Origin: Myxococcota bacterium | Lineage (GTDB): Bacteria; Myxococcota_A; Polyangia; Nannocystales; Nannocystaceae | DNA length: 64,000 nt | Reading direction: 5' to 3' | Assembly (NCBI GenBank): GCA_039028615.1 | Contig: JBCCHT010000001.1 | Location: forward strand, 672,001-736,000 | Notes under the pieces: model-generated | Database searches by the model: none | Told to the model about the DNA's origin: nothing | The model's input: only the letters and a program-made list of their open reading frames with translations | Shown here: in pieces, positions 1 through 10,040 of the stretch | Position numbering within the stretch: position 1 is the stretch's first letter | How the letters are laid out: each line of letters starts with the position of its first letter | Program-made: the position numbers and the translations under genes

Positions 1-252
1 GGAGCCTCCGGTCCCCGAAGAACTCTCGGATGTCGCCCACCCCCCATCGGACGACGTCACCTCGTCATCACCGCCCTCGGTGGCCACCCCGGTGCTGTCG
101 GGCGGTCCGGCATAGGTCGCGCCTTCTCCCCAGCTATCGGGATCGCTCGCGTTCCCCGAATTCGCCGAATCCACACTCGTGGTGAACATGTCATCGGTTC
201 CGTCCCCGGTGCAGCCAGCCAAGCCGAGGCTCATGACCAATCCCAGCTCCAC
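1..252 (-). CDS. Partial (3'-truncated by window) putative lipoprotein with Ser/Thr/Gly/Asp-rich linker
   Basis: Minus frame reads VELGLVMSLGLAGC-TGDGTDDMFTTSVDSANSG... to the window edge with no stop; LAGC lipobox. Not in the ORF track; start (GTG 252) uncertain. Confidence 0.55.
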   Translation of the reverse strand, partial: MELGLVMSLGLAGCTGDGTDDMFTTSVDSANSGNASDPDSWGEGATYAGPPDSTGVATEGGDDEVTSSDGGWATSESSSGTGGS

Positions 253-455
253 CTTCCACCGTGCGGGCGCGGCATGGGGGCGACGCAGCGTGGCTCCACA
301 AAACGGGCACTCGGCATCCCGAGCAAACACATGACGATTGCACTCGTAGCAAGTCTTCATTGAGAAAACCTCGTACGACCACGAGTGTCGACCGCCGTCG
401 ATTCGATCGTTTTTCAGCGACCAGGCGTCGTGCGTATCACGGAAGTCGGCAAGCC

Positions 456-1415
456 TCAGGCCTGCGGCTCGGCGAAGACCTCTTCGAGCGTCGCCGCCGT
501 CAGTACGCGCTCGACCCATCGGTCGAGTTGCTCGACGCCCGCCCCCTCGAGCCGCTGCTGCGTTGCCCTCGTCGGCGGACCGAACTTCAACTCGAGCAAA
601 CGAAGCAACGTGCGTGCTTCACCTTCGATTCGGCCGCGAGCTTCGCCTTCGGCGCGGAGTTCGTCGAAGAAATCACGGGCCTCGCGTTCCACCTCGGGGT
701 TCATCGTGCTCATGATCGTCTCCAACTCTCGTCGGTAGGCTCCACCAATATACTTCCAAAACGGTAGCAGCGCCTCGACGCCGCGCTCTAGACGCACCTC
801 GACGAAGAGGCGGCTCAGTCGTTCTCCTCGTTCCCGACCCGACAGTCCTCGTGCCACCGCAACGAGCGCCGCACGGGAGGTCGCGTCGCAGTGGGCCCGC
901 GCCTGCTCGAAGCGATCGAGCTGCGCCCGGTTCAGCTCGAGGACCTCCATTCGAAGATCGAGGTAGGGACCCTCTTCGATCGCGAGTGGCGGAGTAAGCT
1001 CGGAGAGCTGTCGCGCTTTGGTCCATCGGCCACCCGTGTAGAGCAACAGCGGGATCACGAACGGCAACCGATCGCGCATGACATCCCGCCGTTCTCGATA
1101 CTGCCGCAGCGCATTGCAGGCATACGACAGCTGCCGCAGCGGCATCATGGGATCTTCGGTCGTCTGGTTCTCCCACAGGCAGTACACCAGGGCCTCACCA
1201 CCCCCGCGAGCATCGATTTCGAACACGAGGTCGCTGAAGCTCGCCCTCAGGTCGGCATCGACATAGCTCCCGTTGATCAACCGCAAGGTAGACCAGTCCA
1301 GCCATTCGCCGACGTCTTCGGTCAAGGCGATGCGAAGCACGCCAGCGGCATGCTCGGGCTTGGACAGAATCTCCTTCAGGAACTGGTCGTGAGGCGGTCG
1401 CTTGGCCGACGCCAT
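456..1415 (-). CDS. Rpn family recombination-promoting nuclease / putative transposase (Transposase_31, PD-(D/E)XK) with DUF4351-like C-terminus
   Basis: HDQFLKEIL start, DWSTLRLINGSYVDADLR..SDLVF, ENQT..DPMMPLR, VIPLLLYTG, C-terminal GEARGRIEGEARTLLRLLELKFG...LDRWVERVLTAATLEEVF. Confidence 0.9.
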   Translation of the reverse strand: MASAKRPPHDQFLKEILSKPEHAAGVLRIALTEDVGEWLDWSTLRLINGSYVDADLRASFSDLVFEIDARGGGEALVYCLWENQTTEDPMMPLRQLSYACNALRQYRERRDVMRDRLPFVIPLLLYTGGRWTKARQLSELTPPLAIEEGPYLDLRMEVLELNRAQLDRFEQARAHCDATSRAALVAVARGLSGRERGERLSRLFVEVRLERGVEALLPFWKYIGGAYRRELETIMSTMNPEVEREARDFFDELRAEGEARGRIEGEARTLLRLLELKFGPPTRATQQRLEGAGVEQLDRWVERVLTAATLEEVFAEPQA

Positions 1416-1550
1416 GGGTGACTCCCCGGCACGCAGGGTCTGCTCACCGAATAGCGTCGGCCGCGTCTGAGTTTGGACGCGATTTCGGGCAAGGAAGTGA
1501 ACTCGACGAGCACAGATCGAGACGAGCAGCCCGACCGTGCCGCGAGCCCG

Positions 1551-2486
1551 TCAACCGAGCTGCACGCCCGCGCCGATCTTGCGTCCGCTCGCCCACGCGC
1601 TGGCGGCCATGCGTCGCTTCCCGGCCGGCTGCACATCACCCAGGCAGACCACCCCGTCACCCGTCGCGACATGAACCCCCTGGCCATCGGCAGCAACCAC
1701 GACTCCGGCTCCCGCATCCCCGAGCGGCTGCTCGGACAAGGTCGCGCGAAACACCTTCAGCGGTTGTCCGCCATGACTCGTGAACGCATTCGGCCATGGA
1801 TCCATCCCCCGAATGTGATCCACCAGTTCCTGCGCCGACCGGCCCCAGTCCACGCGCCCTTCTTCCTTGCGGAGCATCGCGGCGTGGGTCATGCCCTCGC
1901 TCGACTGCGGCGTCGCAGCGGGCACATCGGGAAACTCGGCGAGCAGCTCGCCCAATGCCTTCGCCCCCAGCGGAGCCAAGCGCTCAAAGAGTTCACCGCT
2001 GGTCTCGTGCGATCCGATCTCCGTACGGTGCGTCCGAAACACGGGCCCGGTGTCGAGCCCCTCGTCCATCTGCATCAGCGCCACGGCCGTGTGCGAGTCG
2101 CCGGCCAGCACGGCCCGCTGGATCGGCGCCGCACCGCGCCACCGCGGAAGTTCGGAGGCATGCACGTTGATGCACCCGTGTCGCGGCACGGCCAAAATCT
2201 CGGGCGGCAAGATCCGCCCGAACGCCACGACGACGATCACGTCCAGATCCAGCGCCCGCAAGACCCCGGCCAGACGCCCGTCCTTCATCTTGGTGGGCTG
2301 GTCCAACGGCAGCCCCAGCTCGAGCGCCGCCCGCTTGACGGCGGGCGGGGTCAGCTTGCGTCCTCGCCCGGCGGGGCGATCCGGCTGACACACGACCAGC
2401 TGAAGGTCACAGTGCTCGTGCACGGCGTGAAGGCTGGGCACGGCGAAGTCGGGCGAGCCCATGAATGCGGCGCGAAGTCGGCTCAC
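1551..2486 (-). CDS. fmt: Methionyl-tRNA formyltransferase
   Basis: FMGSPDFAVPSL, QPDRPAGRG, VVAFGRILP, INVHASELPRWRGAAPIQRA, MDEGLDTGP; GTG start overlaps the upstream stop (GTGA). Confidence 0.97.
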   Translation of the reverse strand: MSRLRAAFMGSPDFAVPSLHAVHEHCDLQLVVCQPDRPAGRGRKLTPPAVKRAALELGLPLDQPTKMKDGRLAGVLRALDLDVIVVVAFGRILPPEILAVPRHGCINVHASELPRWRGAAPIQRAVLAGDSHTAVALMQMDEGLDTGPVFRTHRTEIGSHETSGELFERLAPLGAKALGELLAEFPDVPAATPQSSEGMTHAAMLRKEEGRVDWGRSAQELVDHIRGMDPWPNAFTSHGGQPLKVFRATLSEQPLGDAGAGVVVAADGQGVHVATGDGVVCLGDVQPAGKRRMAASAWASGRKIGAGVQLG

Positions 2487-4303
2487 GATTCCTCCAAGTG
2501 GGCGAGGTAGGCACTGCGCAGGCTCTCGTCGATCAAGACTTCGCGCGCTTCCTCGATCAGGTCGAACAGCTCGTCGAGCTCGGCGGACATGGCCTCCCGA
2601 GCACCCGCTTCGAGCTGCTCGGCCGAGAAGGTCTGGCGCAGCTGAGCATGAGCCCGCCGCACCTCGATACGCGAGGCGTCCCGCGGCACGCCCAGCACGG
2701 CGAAGTAGTCCCCGAGCCGGCTGATCTCGAGTCGATCGCGGATCCGCTCCACGTCGATGTTCACCGGATCCACGTCGGCGGGTACGGAGTGACGCTGCTC
2801 GCTGAGCTCCAGCCGCTCGAGCACGTGCAGCGTGTAGACCAGCCCCATCAGCTCGGTCACGTCGACATCGGGCTGCGCGCACAGCTCGCGCAGGCTCCGA
2901 CGACCGTCCAGACGCCCCACGAGCGCCTCTTCGGCCGCCCCCATGCGCAGCAGCTCGGCCAGTCCGGCGACCTCCGCCGAGTCGTTCGTCAGTCGCGGGT
3001 ATCGATCCGTACCGCCGAGCACCACCTCGAGCCGGCTCTCGTCGAGTCGATGGCGAATCCCCTCGGCGATGATCTGCGCGACCGGGACGTCGCGAAGCGC
3101 ATCGGCGTCGCGTTGGTCCTCGGGCTCGAGCATCCAGCTGCCCTCGGTCCAACCGAAGGTCGAGTCGACGATACTCCCCAGGTGCTCGCGAACGACTCGG
3201 GGCATCTCCCCGGGCTTGAGCAAGCCGGCCTCCACCAGGTGCGCCCCCGCGTCGTGGGGCTCGGCCTCCACCAGTCGCCGCGCCCGCTCGTACTGCTCCC
3301 GGGTCAGCATGCCGCGACGAAATAAGCCGTCGCTCAGGCGGTCGTGGTTGAGGTTGCCCGCGGCGAATGCCAGCTGCCCTGCGTGCCACCACAGCCGCTT
3401 TTCCGCGCGGCCGTTGAGCAGCACCAGCGCGCCGTCGTAGCCGGCACGATGCAGGGTCCACAGAATCCGCGGTACCTCCATGCGCTCGAGCGAGCCCCGC
3501 TCGTCCATGGGCAAGGGTGCCGTCCGCACCGGTCGCGAGGGCGTGCGCTCGATGATGGCGGAACTGCGGGTTCGCCCGCGCGGCGAGGACTGCCCCAGGC
3601 GCTCGGTCGCTTCCCGTCGCCGTGGTCGCGAGGCGGACTTGGCCGACGGCGTAGCCGGGCGTCGGGCGGACTGCGAAAGCTCGAGGGACGAGCCGGAATC
3701 CCCCGGAGGCCGTCGCTCTCCGCCGAGGTCGGGCAGATCGTCGAAGCCGAGCGCGGCGAGATCGAGATCGTCGGCATCGCCGTCGTTTTGGTCGCGCAGC
3801 CTCGCCTCGAGCATGTCGAGCGTGCGATGCAGCTGACCGAGCACGACATCGGTCGCCCCCGTGCCTCCGGCCCGACTGCGCGTGGTGGCGGAGCTGGGCT
3901 CAGCCGAGCCCCGGCTGGGGTTGCGCACCAGTCCGCCCGAACCGGGGCCGACGAGTTCGTCCAGCGCGGCCTCGAGCTGGTCGTCGTCGGCGGGTGACTC
4001 GAGGAAGTGATCCGCCCCGAGATCGAGCACGTCGGCGAGGTCACCGATGCGCACCCCGAGCGGACCGTAGAGCGTGACCGGGATCCCCGAGCCTCGACGC
4101 GTGCGACGGAGCTCCGACATCAAGGCGCGAGGCTCGACGTCTTCGGTGCACACGACCACCGCGCTGGGGACGGACCCCCGAGCCACTCGCTGCTCGAGCG
4201 TAGGCCCGGAGCAAATCGCCGCCTCGTAGCCCAGCTCCCGGATCCTCTCCAGCAACTCGGACCGTCGGGCCGCGTCGCCCACGATGAGCACTTCGGGAGC
4301 CAC
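2483..4303 (-). CDS. Receiver-like + DUF4388 (PatA-N) + DnaJ-like domain protein
   Basis: N-terminal REC-like fold (VLIVGD...LGADHFLESP); central GSLERMEVPRILWTLHRAGYDGALVL...FGWTEGSW; C-terminal DYFAVLGVPRDAS...LRSAY. Confidence 0.75.
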   Translation of the reverse strand: MAPEVLIVGDAARRSELLERIRELGYEAAICSGPTLEQRVARGSVPSAVVVCTEDVEPRALMSELRRTRRGSGIPVTLYGPLGVRIGDLADVLDLGADHFLESPADDDQLEAALDELVGPGSGGLVRNPSRGSAEPSSATTRSRAGGTGATDVVLGQLHRTLDMLEARLRDQNDGDADDLDLAALGFDDLPDLGGERRPPGDSGSSLELSQSARRPATPSAKSASRPRRREATERLGQSSPRGRTRSSAIIERTPSRPVRTAPLPMDERGSLERMEVPRILWTLHRAGYDGALVLLNGRAEKRLWWHAGQLAFAAGNLNHDRLSDGLFRRGMLTREQYERARRLVEAEPHDAGAHLVEAGLLKPGEMPRVVREHLGSIVDSTFGWTEGSWMLEPEDQRDADALRDVPVAQIIAEGIRHRLDESRLEVVLGGTDRYPRLTNDSAEVAGLAELLRMGAAEEALVGRLDGRRSLRELCAQPDVDVTELMGLVYTLHVLERLELSEQRHSVPADVDPVNIDVERIRDRLEISRLGDYFAVLGVPRDASRIEVRRAHAQLRQTFSAEQLEAGAREAMSAELDELFDLIEEAREVLIDESLRSAYLAHLEES

Positions 4304-4439
4304 GGACGGCGAAGTCTACTCCGCGTCCCGGCAAAAATCCTCCCGGAGGTGGGCATCAGCGCACACCCTGCCCAAAGCGACGAAAATCGTGCCCACGGCG
4401 GCTGCCTCCGCGGGTGGGCATGCCGCGCCGTAGCGGGGC

Positions 4440-7001
4440 TCACAACATGCTCTGCGGGTCGATGTCGACGATGGCCAGGGTCTGAGTGTCGCCTCGACCA
4501 TCGGTCCCCAGCTGGGGTCGCAGCTCCCCCAGCAGCCAGCGCAGGGGCGATCGCTCACGCGCCCGCAGCAAGACCTGCCAGCGCGTCCGTCGGTTGATCC
4601 GCTCGATCGGCGACGGCGTGGGCCCCAGCACCATGACCATGGGTCGCTGGCCGACGACGCCCGGCTCCGCATGCGCGGTCTGGATCTGCTCCACCCGCGG
4701 CCGAACGAATGCAACCAGACGCTTCGCCCGCTGCTCGACCGCCGACGCGTCCATGCCCTGCACCCGCACCAGCGCGATGAAACCCGCGGGCGGGTTGCCC
4801 AAGGCCTCACGGCGCTCGAGCTCGTCTTCGGCGAACCCCAGGTAGTCGTGGTGCGTCGCGAAGGCGATGGCCGGGTGCTCGGTCTGCCACGCCTGCACCA
4901 ACACCCGCCCCGATCGCTCGCCTCGGCCCGCCCGACCGGCGACCTGAGTAAGCAACTGAAAGGTCCGCTCGCCCGCGCGAAGATCGGGCAGGCCCAACCC
5001 GTGGTCGCCTTGGAGTACGCCCACCAGCGTCACGCCGGGAAAGTCGTGGCCCTTGCTGAGCATCTGGGTGCCGACCAGCACGTCGGCCTGCCCGCTGCGA
5101 AAGGCAGCCAGCGTTTCGAGCAGCTTGCGGCCCCGAGCGGCGTCGCGATCGAGCCGCAACACCCGGAGCTTGGGCAGGGCTTTGGCCAAGCCGAGCTCGA
5201 CCCGCTCCGTGCCCACCCCACCGTGCACCAGCTTGGCCGAGCCGCACTCCTTGCAGTTGCTGGGTGCCGCCTCGATGTGCCCGCACAGGTGACACATCAT
5301 GCGGTGCCGCGACAGGTGATACGTCATCGAGGGCGCGCTGCAGTCGGGGCACTGCTGGCGCGAGCCACAGTCCTCGCACAACAAGTCGGTGGTGAACCCG
5401 CGGCGGTTGAGGAACAAGATCACCTGGCCGCCCTCGCGCACCGCCGTCTCCACCGCGTCGCGCATGCGCCCCGTGAGCAGCGAGGTCGGGTCGGGCCGAT
5501 GGACGGTCAGCGGCACCAGCTCCACCGTGGGCAGCGGCCGCGGCGTGGGCCGGGTCTTCATTCGCAGCCATCGATGGCGATCGCGCTTGGCCAGGGCAAA
5601 GGACTCGAGCGAGGGCGTGGCCGAGCCGAGCACCACCAGGGCCTTCAGCGCCTTGGCCCGCACCAACGCCACATCGCGAGCGTGGTAACGGACGCCGTCC
5701 TCCTGCTTGAACGAGCCGTCGTGTTCCTCGTCGACGACGATGACCCCGAGCCTCGGCACGGGCGCGAACACGGCCGAGCGGGCCCCGATGACGATCGGTC
5801 GCTCTCCCGCGCGGATCTGCTGCCACGCGTCGAGTCGCTGGCGTGGCGTGAGGCCGCTGTGCAGCACCGCCACCTCCTCGCCGAACCGAGCCCGGAACCG
5901 ATCGGCGAGCTGAGGCGTCAACGCGATCTCGGGCACGAGCACGATGGCGCCGCCCTCCTTGGCCCGGATGTGTGCGATGAGCTGGAGATAGACCTCGGTC
6001 TTGCCACTGCCGGTGATCCCGTGCAGCAGGGAGCTGCGAAACACCCCGGCATCGACGTCGCCACACAGCGCCTCCAGGGCCTGGGCCTGCTCTTCAGTGG
6101 GCGGCTGGGCCTCGTCGGCGACGGGCAGCGTGGCAAAGGGGTCGAGCCGACGCGGCCGTTCTTGCTTGGCGACCAGCCCTTCCCGCACCAGCGGCTCCAG
6201 AAGCTCGCGGGCCCGCGCAAAGGGCCCGCGCAGCTCGGCCAGCGGGATCCAGCCCGGTTCTTCGGTGGTGCCGGGCGTCTCGCGCTGACCTTCGAGGTAG
6301 TCGAGGATCGCCCGCCGACGCTTGCTTCGACCGATGAGCTTGCGCAAGCGGTCCTCGTCGGCAGCGACGCCCCACAGCAGGTCGGTGCGGCGCACATGCG
6401 TCTCGGTCCGCATGGGAGAGCTCTCGGCGTCCGCCCATACCGTCTCGCACAGCCCCTGCCGCTCCAGCTCGACCAAACGCCGCAAGGCCGAGGGCACCCG
6501 TGGTTTCAGCCGCGTGAGCCGAGCCGCGGGTAGCCCCGACTTCCCCGCGCCGACGATCGCCTCGAGCAGGCGCCGCGAGGCGGTATCCAACGTGGGAGCG
6601 CCCCCGGACAGCAAGGGTCCCTCGGAGTCCAGCGCCCGCTGCCCCGCCTCGGTGACCCGGGCATGGCGAGCGTCGGCATTGCTCAACAGCCCCGGCAGCG
6701 CCAGGCGATACGCCTCGCCCGGGGGGGCGATGTAGTACTCGCGAATCCACTCGCATAGCCGCACGACCTCGTCGGTCAGCGTCGGCTGGTCCTCGTCCAG
6801 GTCGGCGAGCAGGTCTCGAACTTTCTCGGGCGGCTCGAGGTCCTCGTCGGGGCGCACCACGCCCACCAACACCCGCGGACCAAAGGGCGCCAGCACCCGT
6901 GCGCCCGCGGGCGGCACCCGGGGCCAGTCCTTCGGGATGCGGTAGGTGAACGCACGGTCGAGAGCGACGGGAACGGCCACCGACACCAGCCGGTCGCTCA
7001 C
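4440..7001 (-). CDS. priA: Primosomal protein N' (replication restart helicase)
   Basis: LLHGITGSGKTEVY, VPEIALTPQ, DEEHD, SATPSLES, FLNRRGF, Zn-finger CxxC pairs, QVAGRAGR; GTG start coupled to the upstream stop. Confidence 0.97.
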   Translation of the reverse strand: MSDRLVSVAVPVALDRAFTYRIPKDWPRVPPAGARVLAPFGPRVLVGVVRPDEDLEPPEKVRDLLADLDEDQPTLTDEVVRLCEWIREYYIAPPGEAYRLALPGLLSNADARHARVTEAGQRALDSEGPLLSGGAPTLDTASRRLLEAIVGAGKSGLPAARLTRLKPRVPSALRRLVELERQGLCETVWADAESSPMRTETHVRRTDLLWGVAADEDRLRKLIGRSKRRRAILDYLEGQRETPGTTEEPGWIPLAELRGPFARARELLEPLVREGLVAKQERPRRLDPFATLPVADEAQPPTEEQAQALEALCGDVDAGVFRSSLLHGITGSGKTEVYLQLIAHIRAKEGGAIVLVPEIALTPQLADRFRARFGEEVAVLHSGLTPRQRLDAWQQIRAGERPIVIGARSAVFAPVPRLGVIVVDEEHDGSFKQEDGVRYHARDVALVRAKALKALVVLGSATPSLESFALAKRDRHRWLRMKTRPTPRPLPTVELVPLTVHRPDPTSLLTGRMRDAVETAVREGGQVILFLNRRGFTTDLLCEDCGSRQQCPDCSAPSMTYHLSRHRMMCHLCGHIEAAPSNCKECGSAKLVHGGVGTERVELGLAKALPKLRVLRLDRDAARGRKLLETLAAFRSGQADVLVGTQMLSKGHDFPGVTLVGVLQGDHGLGLPDLRAGERTFQLLTQVAGRAGRGERSGRVLVQAWQTEHPAIAFATHHDYLGFAEDELERREALGNPPAGFIALVRVQGMDASAVEQRAKRLVAFVRPRVEQIQTAHAEPGVVGQRPMVMVLGPTPSPIERINRRTRWQVLLRARERSPLRWLLGELRPQLGTDGRGDTQTLAIVDIDPQSML

Positions 7002-7612
7002 CGAGCTCGCCCTCCGGCCCGCGCGTCGTCGCGTCGTTGCTGCCGGCTCTGGAACAAGCGGAGCAAGCGGTCGCGGCGATCGATGAGCAGATCGATGACC
7101 GCCGCCGCGGCCAACCCGGCCGCGATCACCATCGAGGCCCGCACCGCCCAGCCCGACCACAAGGCGAACACGCCGGCCTCGCTCGCATCGACGGCCCGGG
7201 CCGCCCCCGCGAGCACGCCCAGGCACGCCATCCCCAGCCCGACCAACAACCCGAGCCGCAGGGCCATGCGGAGCCAGACGTCGGGACGCGCCGGACCGGC
7301 CCGCAGCCGCTGCCGGTCGCGGTCCGAGATCCCGCCCAGTCGCCGGGTGACCACCGCGACCAGGACCACGACCACCGCGGCGACCGACCATCCCGCCACG
7401 AGCCAGGCGCTGGCCGAGGCCAGCCAGGCCTCGGGCGTGATCGCGCCCGGGCCCCACCACCGCAGCAGGGCTTCCACCTGGCCCCGGAGCGCGAAGGCCA
7501 ACAGCCCGAAGCCCACCGCGGGCAGCAGCCACGCCGAGCGCGGACGCAGGCCGGCTCGCCAGGCGCGTCGCTGTCGCCCGGGGCTCGGCGCGATCGTGCG
7601 GTCGTCGGCCAT
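6998..7612 (-). CDS. FlhB/EscU/YscU-like membrane protein (N-terminal TM part only)
   Basis: MADDRTIAPSPGRQRRAWRAGLRPRS resembles the FlhB N-terminus; 4 hydrophobic segments; C-terminal AAVIDLLIDRRDRLLRLFQSRQQRRDDAR resembles the FlhB linker; no NPTH domain. Confidence 0.6.
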   Translation of the reverse strand: MADDRTIAPSPGRQRRAWRAGLRPRSAWLLPAVGFGLLAFALRGQVEALLRWWGPGAITPEAWLASASAWLVAGWSVAAVVVVLVAVVTRRLGGISDRDRQRLRAGPARPDVWLRMALRLGLLVGLGMACLGVLAGAARAVDASEAGVFALWSGWAVRASMVIAAGLAAAAVIDLLIDRRDRLLRLFQSRQQRRDDARAGGRAR

Positions 7613-7727
7613 GGTCTTGCTTCGTAGCGCACCCCCGCGAGTCGCGCCAACAACCGACGAGGATCGCCTCGGCAGGCCCGCTTTACCCCTCGCATTGCGC
7701 TACGAGGGCCGGGGTATCCTCCCGGCC

Positions 7728-10028
7728 ATGTGCGCATCTCGCCCGCAGTGGGTCCGTCCCCTCCTCCGCACGACGGCTCGGCTCGGCTCCGCCGCGTGCG
7801 TCGTCGGGCTCGCCGCGTGCACCGTGTCGACCCCGAATAGCGGAGGCCAGCGCGGCACGACCCCGCCCGGACCGGCCGCACGGGGAGAGGCAGGACCCGT
7901 GGTCGAGGTCGCAGCCGGGGCGGGCCACACCTGCGCGCGACGATCCGGGGGCACCGTCACCTGCTGGGGCCGCAACGACTTCGGCCAGCTCGGCGACGGC
8001 ACCACCACCAACCGCACCGAGCCGGTGGCGGCGCTGGGTATCACCAACGCGGTCGCGCTGGTCGTGGGCCACGACCACTCGTGCGCTCGACTGGGCACGG
8101 GCGCGGTCAAGTGCTGGGGGCGCAACGACGCCGGCCAGCTCGGTGACGGCCGCGGCGGACCTCGCTCGAAGACGGGGCCACGACCGGTCTCGGTGCGCAA
8201 CCTCGCCGACGCGGTCGCGATCACCAGCGGCGCGCAGCATGCCTGCTCCCTACGCAAGACGGGCTCGGTGGTGTGCTGGGGCGACAACCGCCGTCGGCAG
8301 GTCGGCAACGAAGGACGCAGCGTGTGGGTGGCACCGGTCGGGGTCTCGAACCTGACCGGCGTGGAACAACTCGCGGGCGGCGAAGGACATACCTGTGCCC
8401 GCCGCAAGCAAGGCAACGTCGTCTGCTGGGGTGACGACCGCCACGGTCAGCTCGGCGACGGTGGTAATGGTTCGAGCGCAGCTCCGCGGGTGGCCGCGGG
8501 CACCGAAGGCGCCGTCGATCTGGTCGCGGGCAACAACCACACCTGCATCGCCCGCCCCTCCGGCGAGGTCGCATGCTGGGGCGCCAACGCGGCGGGGCAG
8601 GTCACCGGCCGCTCGAGCGACGCGGTAAGGCGCCCGAGTCCGGTCGCCATCGGGGGCATCGTGGAGCTGGCCGCGGGTGAAGCTCATACCTGCGGCCGGG
8701 CGGGCGACGGCACCGTGCGCTGCTGGGGCAGCAACCAGCAGGGTCGACTGGGCGACGGCACCACCGAGGTCCGCACCGGCTCGGTCGCGGTCGCCAACAC
8801 CAACGGCGCCTCCAGCCTCAGCGTGGGCGAAGCCCACTCCTGCGCGGTGCTACGCGGGGGGGCCGTGGTCTGCTGGGGCCGCAACGACTCCGGCTCGCTC
8901 GGCAGCGGGGCTCCCGGCCCCGGCTTTGCCGGTGGCTCGATGATGGCCCTCAACGTGAACGACGCCACACAAGTGGAGGTCGGCCTGGGCTTCAGCTGCG
9001 CCCTGCAACGCTCGGGCGCCGTGACCTGCTGGGGCGCCAACGACAAGGGCCAGGTGGGCGTCGGTACCCGCGGCGACATCCGACGCCCCACCGCGGTCAA
9101 GAACCTGAGCAAGGCGGTCGACATCGCCGTGGGCTGGAACCACGCCTGCGCGGTCACGGCCAATGGCGCGGTCACCTGCTGGGGCGCCAACGACAAGGGT
9201 CAACTCGGCGACAAGAGCAAGGCCGCGGTGCGCCGGGCTCCAGTCGTGGTGGCCGGTCTCCGCGACGCGGTGGAGGTCGCGGCCGGGCGCGGTCACAGCT
9301 GTGCGCGGCGCAAGACCGGCGAAGTGTGGTGCTGGGGTGACAACGAGCAAGGCCAGTCGGGCACCACGCCAGGGGGGGCCCGCCGAACGCCCGGAGGCGT
9401 GGCCAGCCTTCGCGATGCCCGACAGCTCGGGGCCGGCGGCAGCCATAGCTGCGCGGTCCGGGCCAGCGGCGCGGTGGCGTGCTGGGGCCACAACCTCTAC
9501 GGGCAGCTCGGCAACGGAGCCGGGGCCAAGGAGCTCAGTACGCCCAAGCCGAGCCCGGTCGGCGTGGTCAAGCTCAACGATGCGCGCGAGGTGCAGCTGG
9601 GCGACCAGAGCACCTGTGCTCGCAAAGGCACCGGCCAGGTCGTGTGCTGGGGCCGCAACGACGTGGGGCAGCTGGGCGCCGACACTCAGAGCGACTGGTC
9701 CACGCGCATCCCGGTCAAGGGCTTGAGCTCGGCCACCGCCCTCGATCTGGGACCTCGACAGGCCTGCGCCGTGGGCAGCGGCGGCGCCATCTTCTGCTGG
9801 GGCAAGGACGACGTCGCCCAGTACGGCAAGACGGCCGGTCGCACCTTTCGGGCGCCCGTGCCCGTGTCTGCCGTCAGCCGCGGCACGCAGGTCTCCACCA
9901 GCGCCACCCATACCTGTGCCCGCCTCACCGATGGCAAGGTGGCGTGCTGGGGCAACGAAGATCGCGGGCAGCTCGGCGACGGTGGCGTCGCGTTCGAGGC
10001 CCGGCCGGTCGCCGTGCGCGGTCTGTAG
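7728..10028 (+). CDS. RCC1-repeat lipoprotein (14 repeats, likely two 7-bladed propellers)
   Basis: LAAC lipobox; 14 copies of the H(T/S/A)C-x(7-8)-CWG.N..GQLG-type unit counted; ATG at 7728 chosen over the long upstream extension. Confidence 0.9.
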   Translation: MCASRPQWVRPLLRTTARLGSAACVVGLAACTVSTPNSGGQRGTTPPGPAARGEAGPVVEVAAGAGHTCARRSGGTVTCWGRNDFGQLGDGTTTNRTEPVAALGITNAVALVVGHDHSCARLGTGAVKCWGRNDAGQLGDGRGGPRSKTGPRPVSVRNLADAVAITSGAQHACSLRKTGSVVCWGDNRRRQVGNEGRSVWVAPVGVSNLTGVEQLAGGEGHTCARRKQGNVVCWGDDRHGQLGDGGNGSSAAPRVAAGTEGAVDLVAGNNHTCIARPSGEVACWGANAAGQVTGRSSDAVRRPSPVAIGGIVELAAGEAHTCGRAGDGTVRCWGSNQQGRLGDGTTEVRTGSVAVANTNGASSLSVGEAHSCAVLRGGAVVCWGRNDSGSLGSGAPGPGFAGGSMMALNVNDATQVEVGLGFSCALQRSGAVTCWGANDKGQVGVGTRGDIRRPTAVKNLSKAVDIAVGWNHACAVTANGAVTCWGANDKGQLGDKSKAAVRRAPVVVAGLRDAVEVAAGRGHSCARRKTGEVWCWGDNEQGQSGTTPGGARRTPGGVASLRDARQLGAGGSHSCAVRASGAVACWGHNLYGQLGNGAGAKELSTPKPSPVGVVKLNDAREVQLGDQSTCARKGTGQVVCWGRNDVGQLGADTQSDWSTRIPVKGLSSATALDLGPRQACAVGSGGAIFCWGKDDVAQYGKTAGRTFRAPVPVSAVSRGTQVSTSATHTCARLTDGKVACWGNEDRGQLGDGGVAFEARPVAVRGL

Positions 10029-10040
10029 ACCCAGCCGCCG

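Noticed and set aside
400..1550. Rpn gene as an IS element
   Set aside because: No terminal inverted repeats or target duplication seen; the family is not a proven transposase
1551..7727. Long N-terminal extensions of fmt (to 3461), priA (to 7532) and RCC1 (from 7083) suggesting fusions
   Set aside because: The extensions overlap real neighbouring genes; better starts exist at 2486, 7001 and 7728
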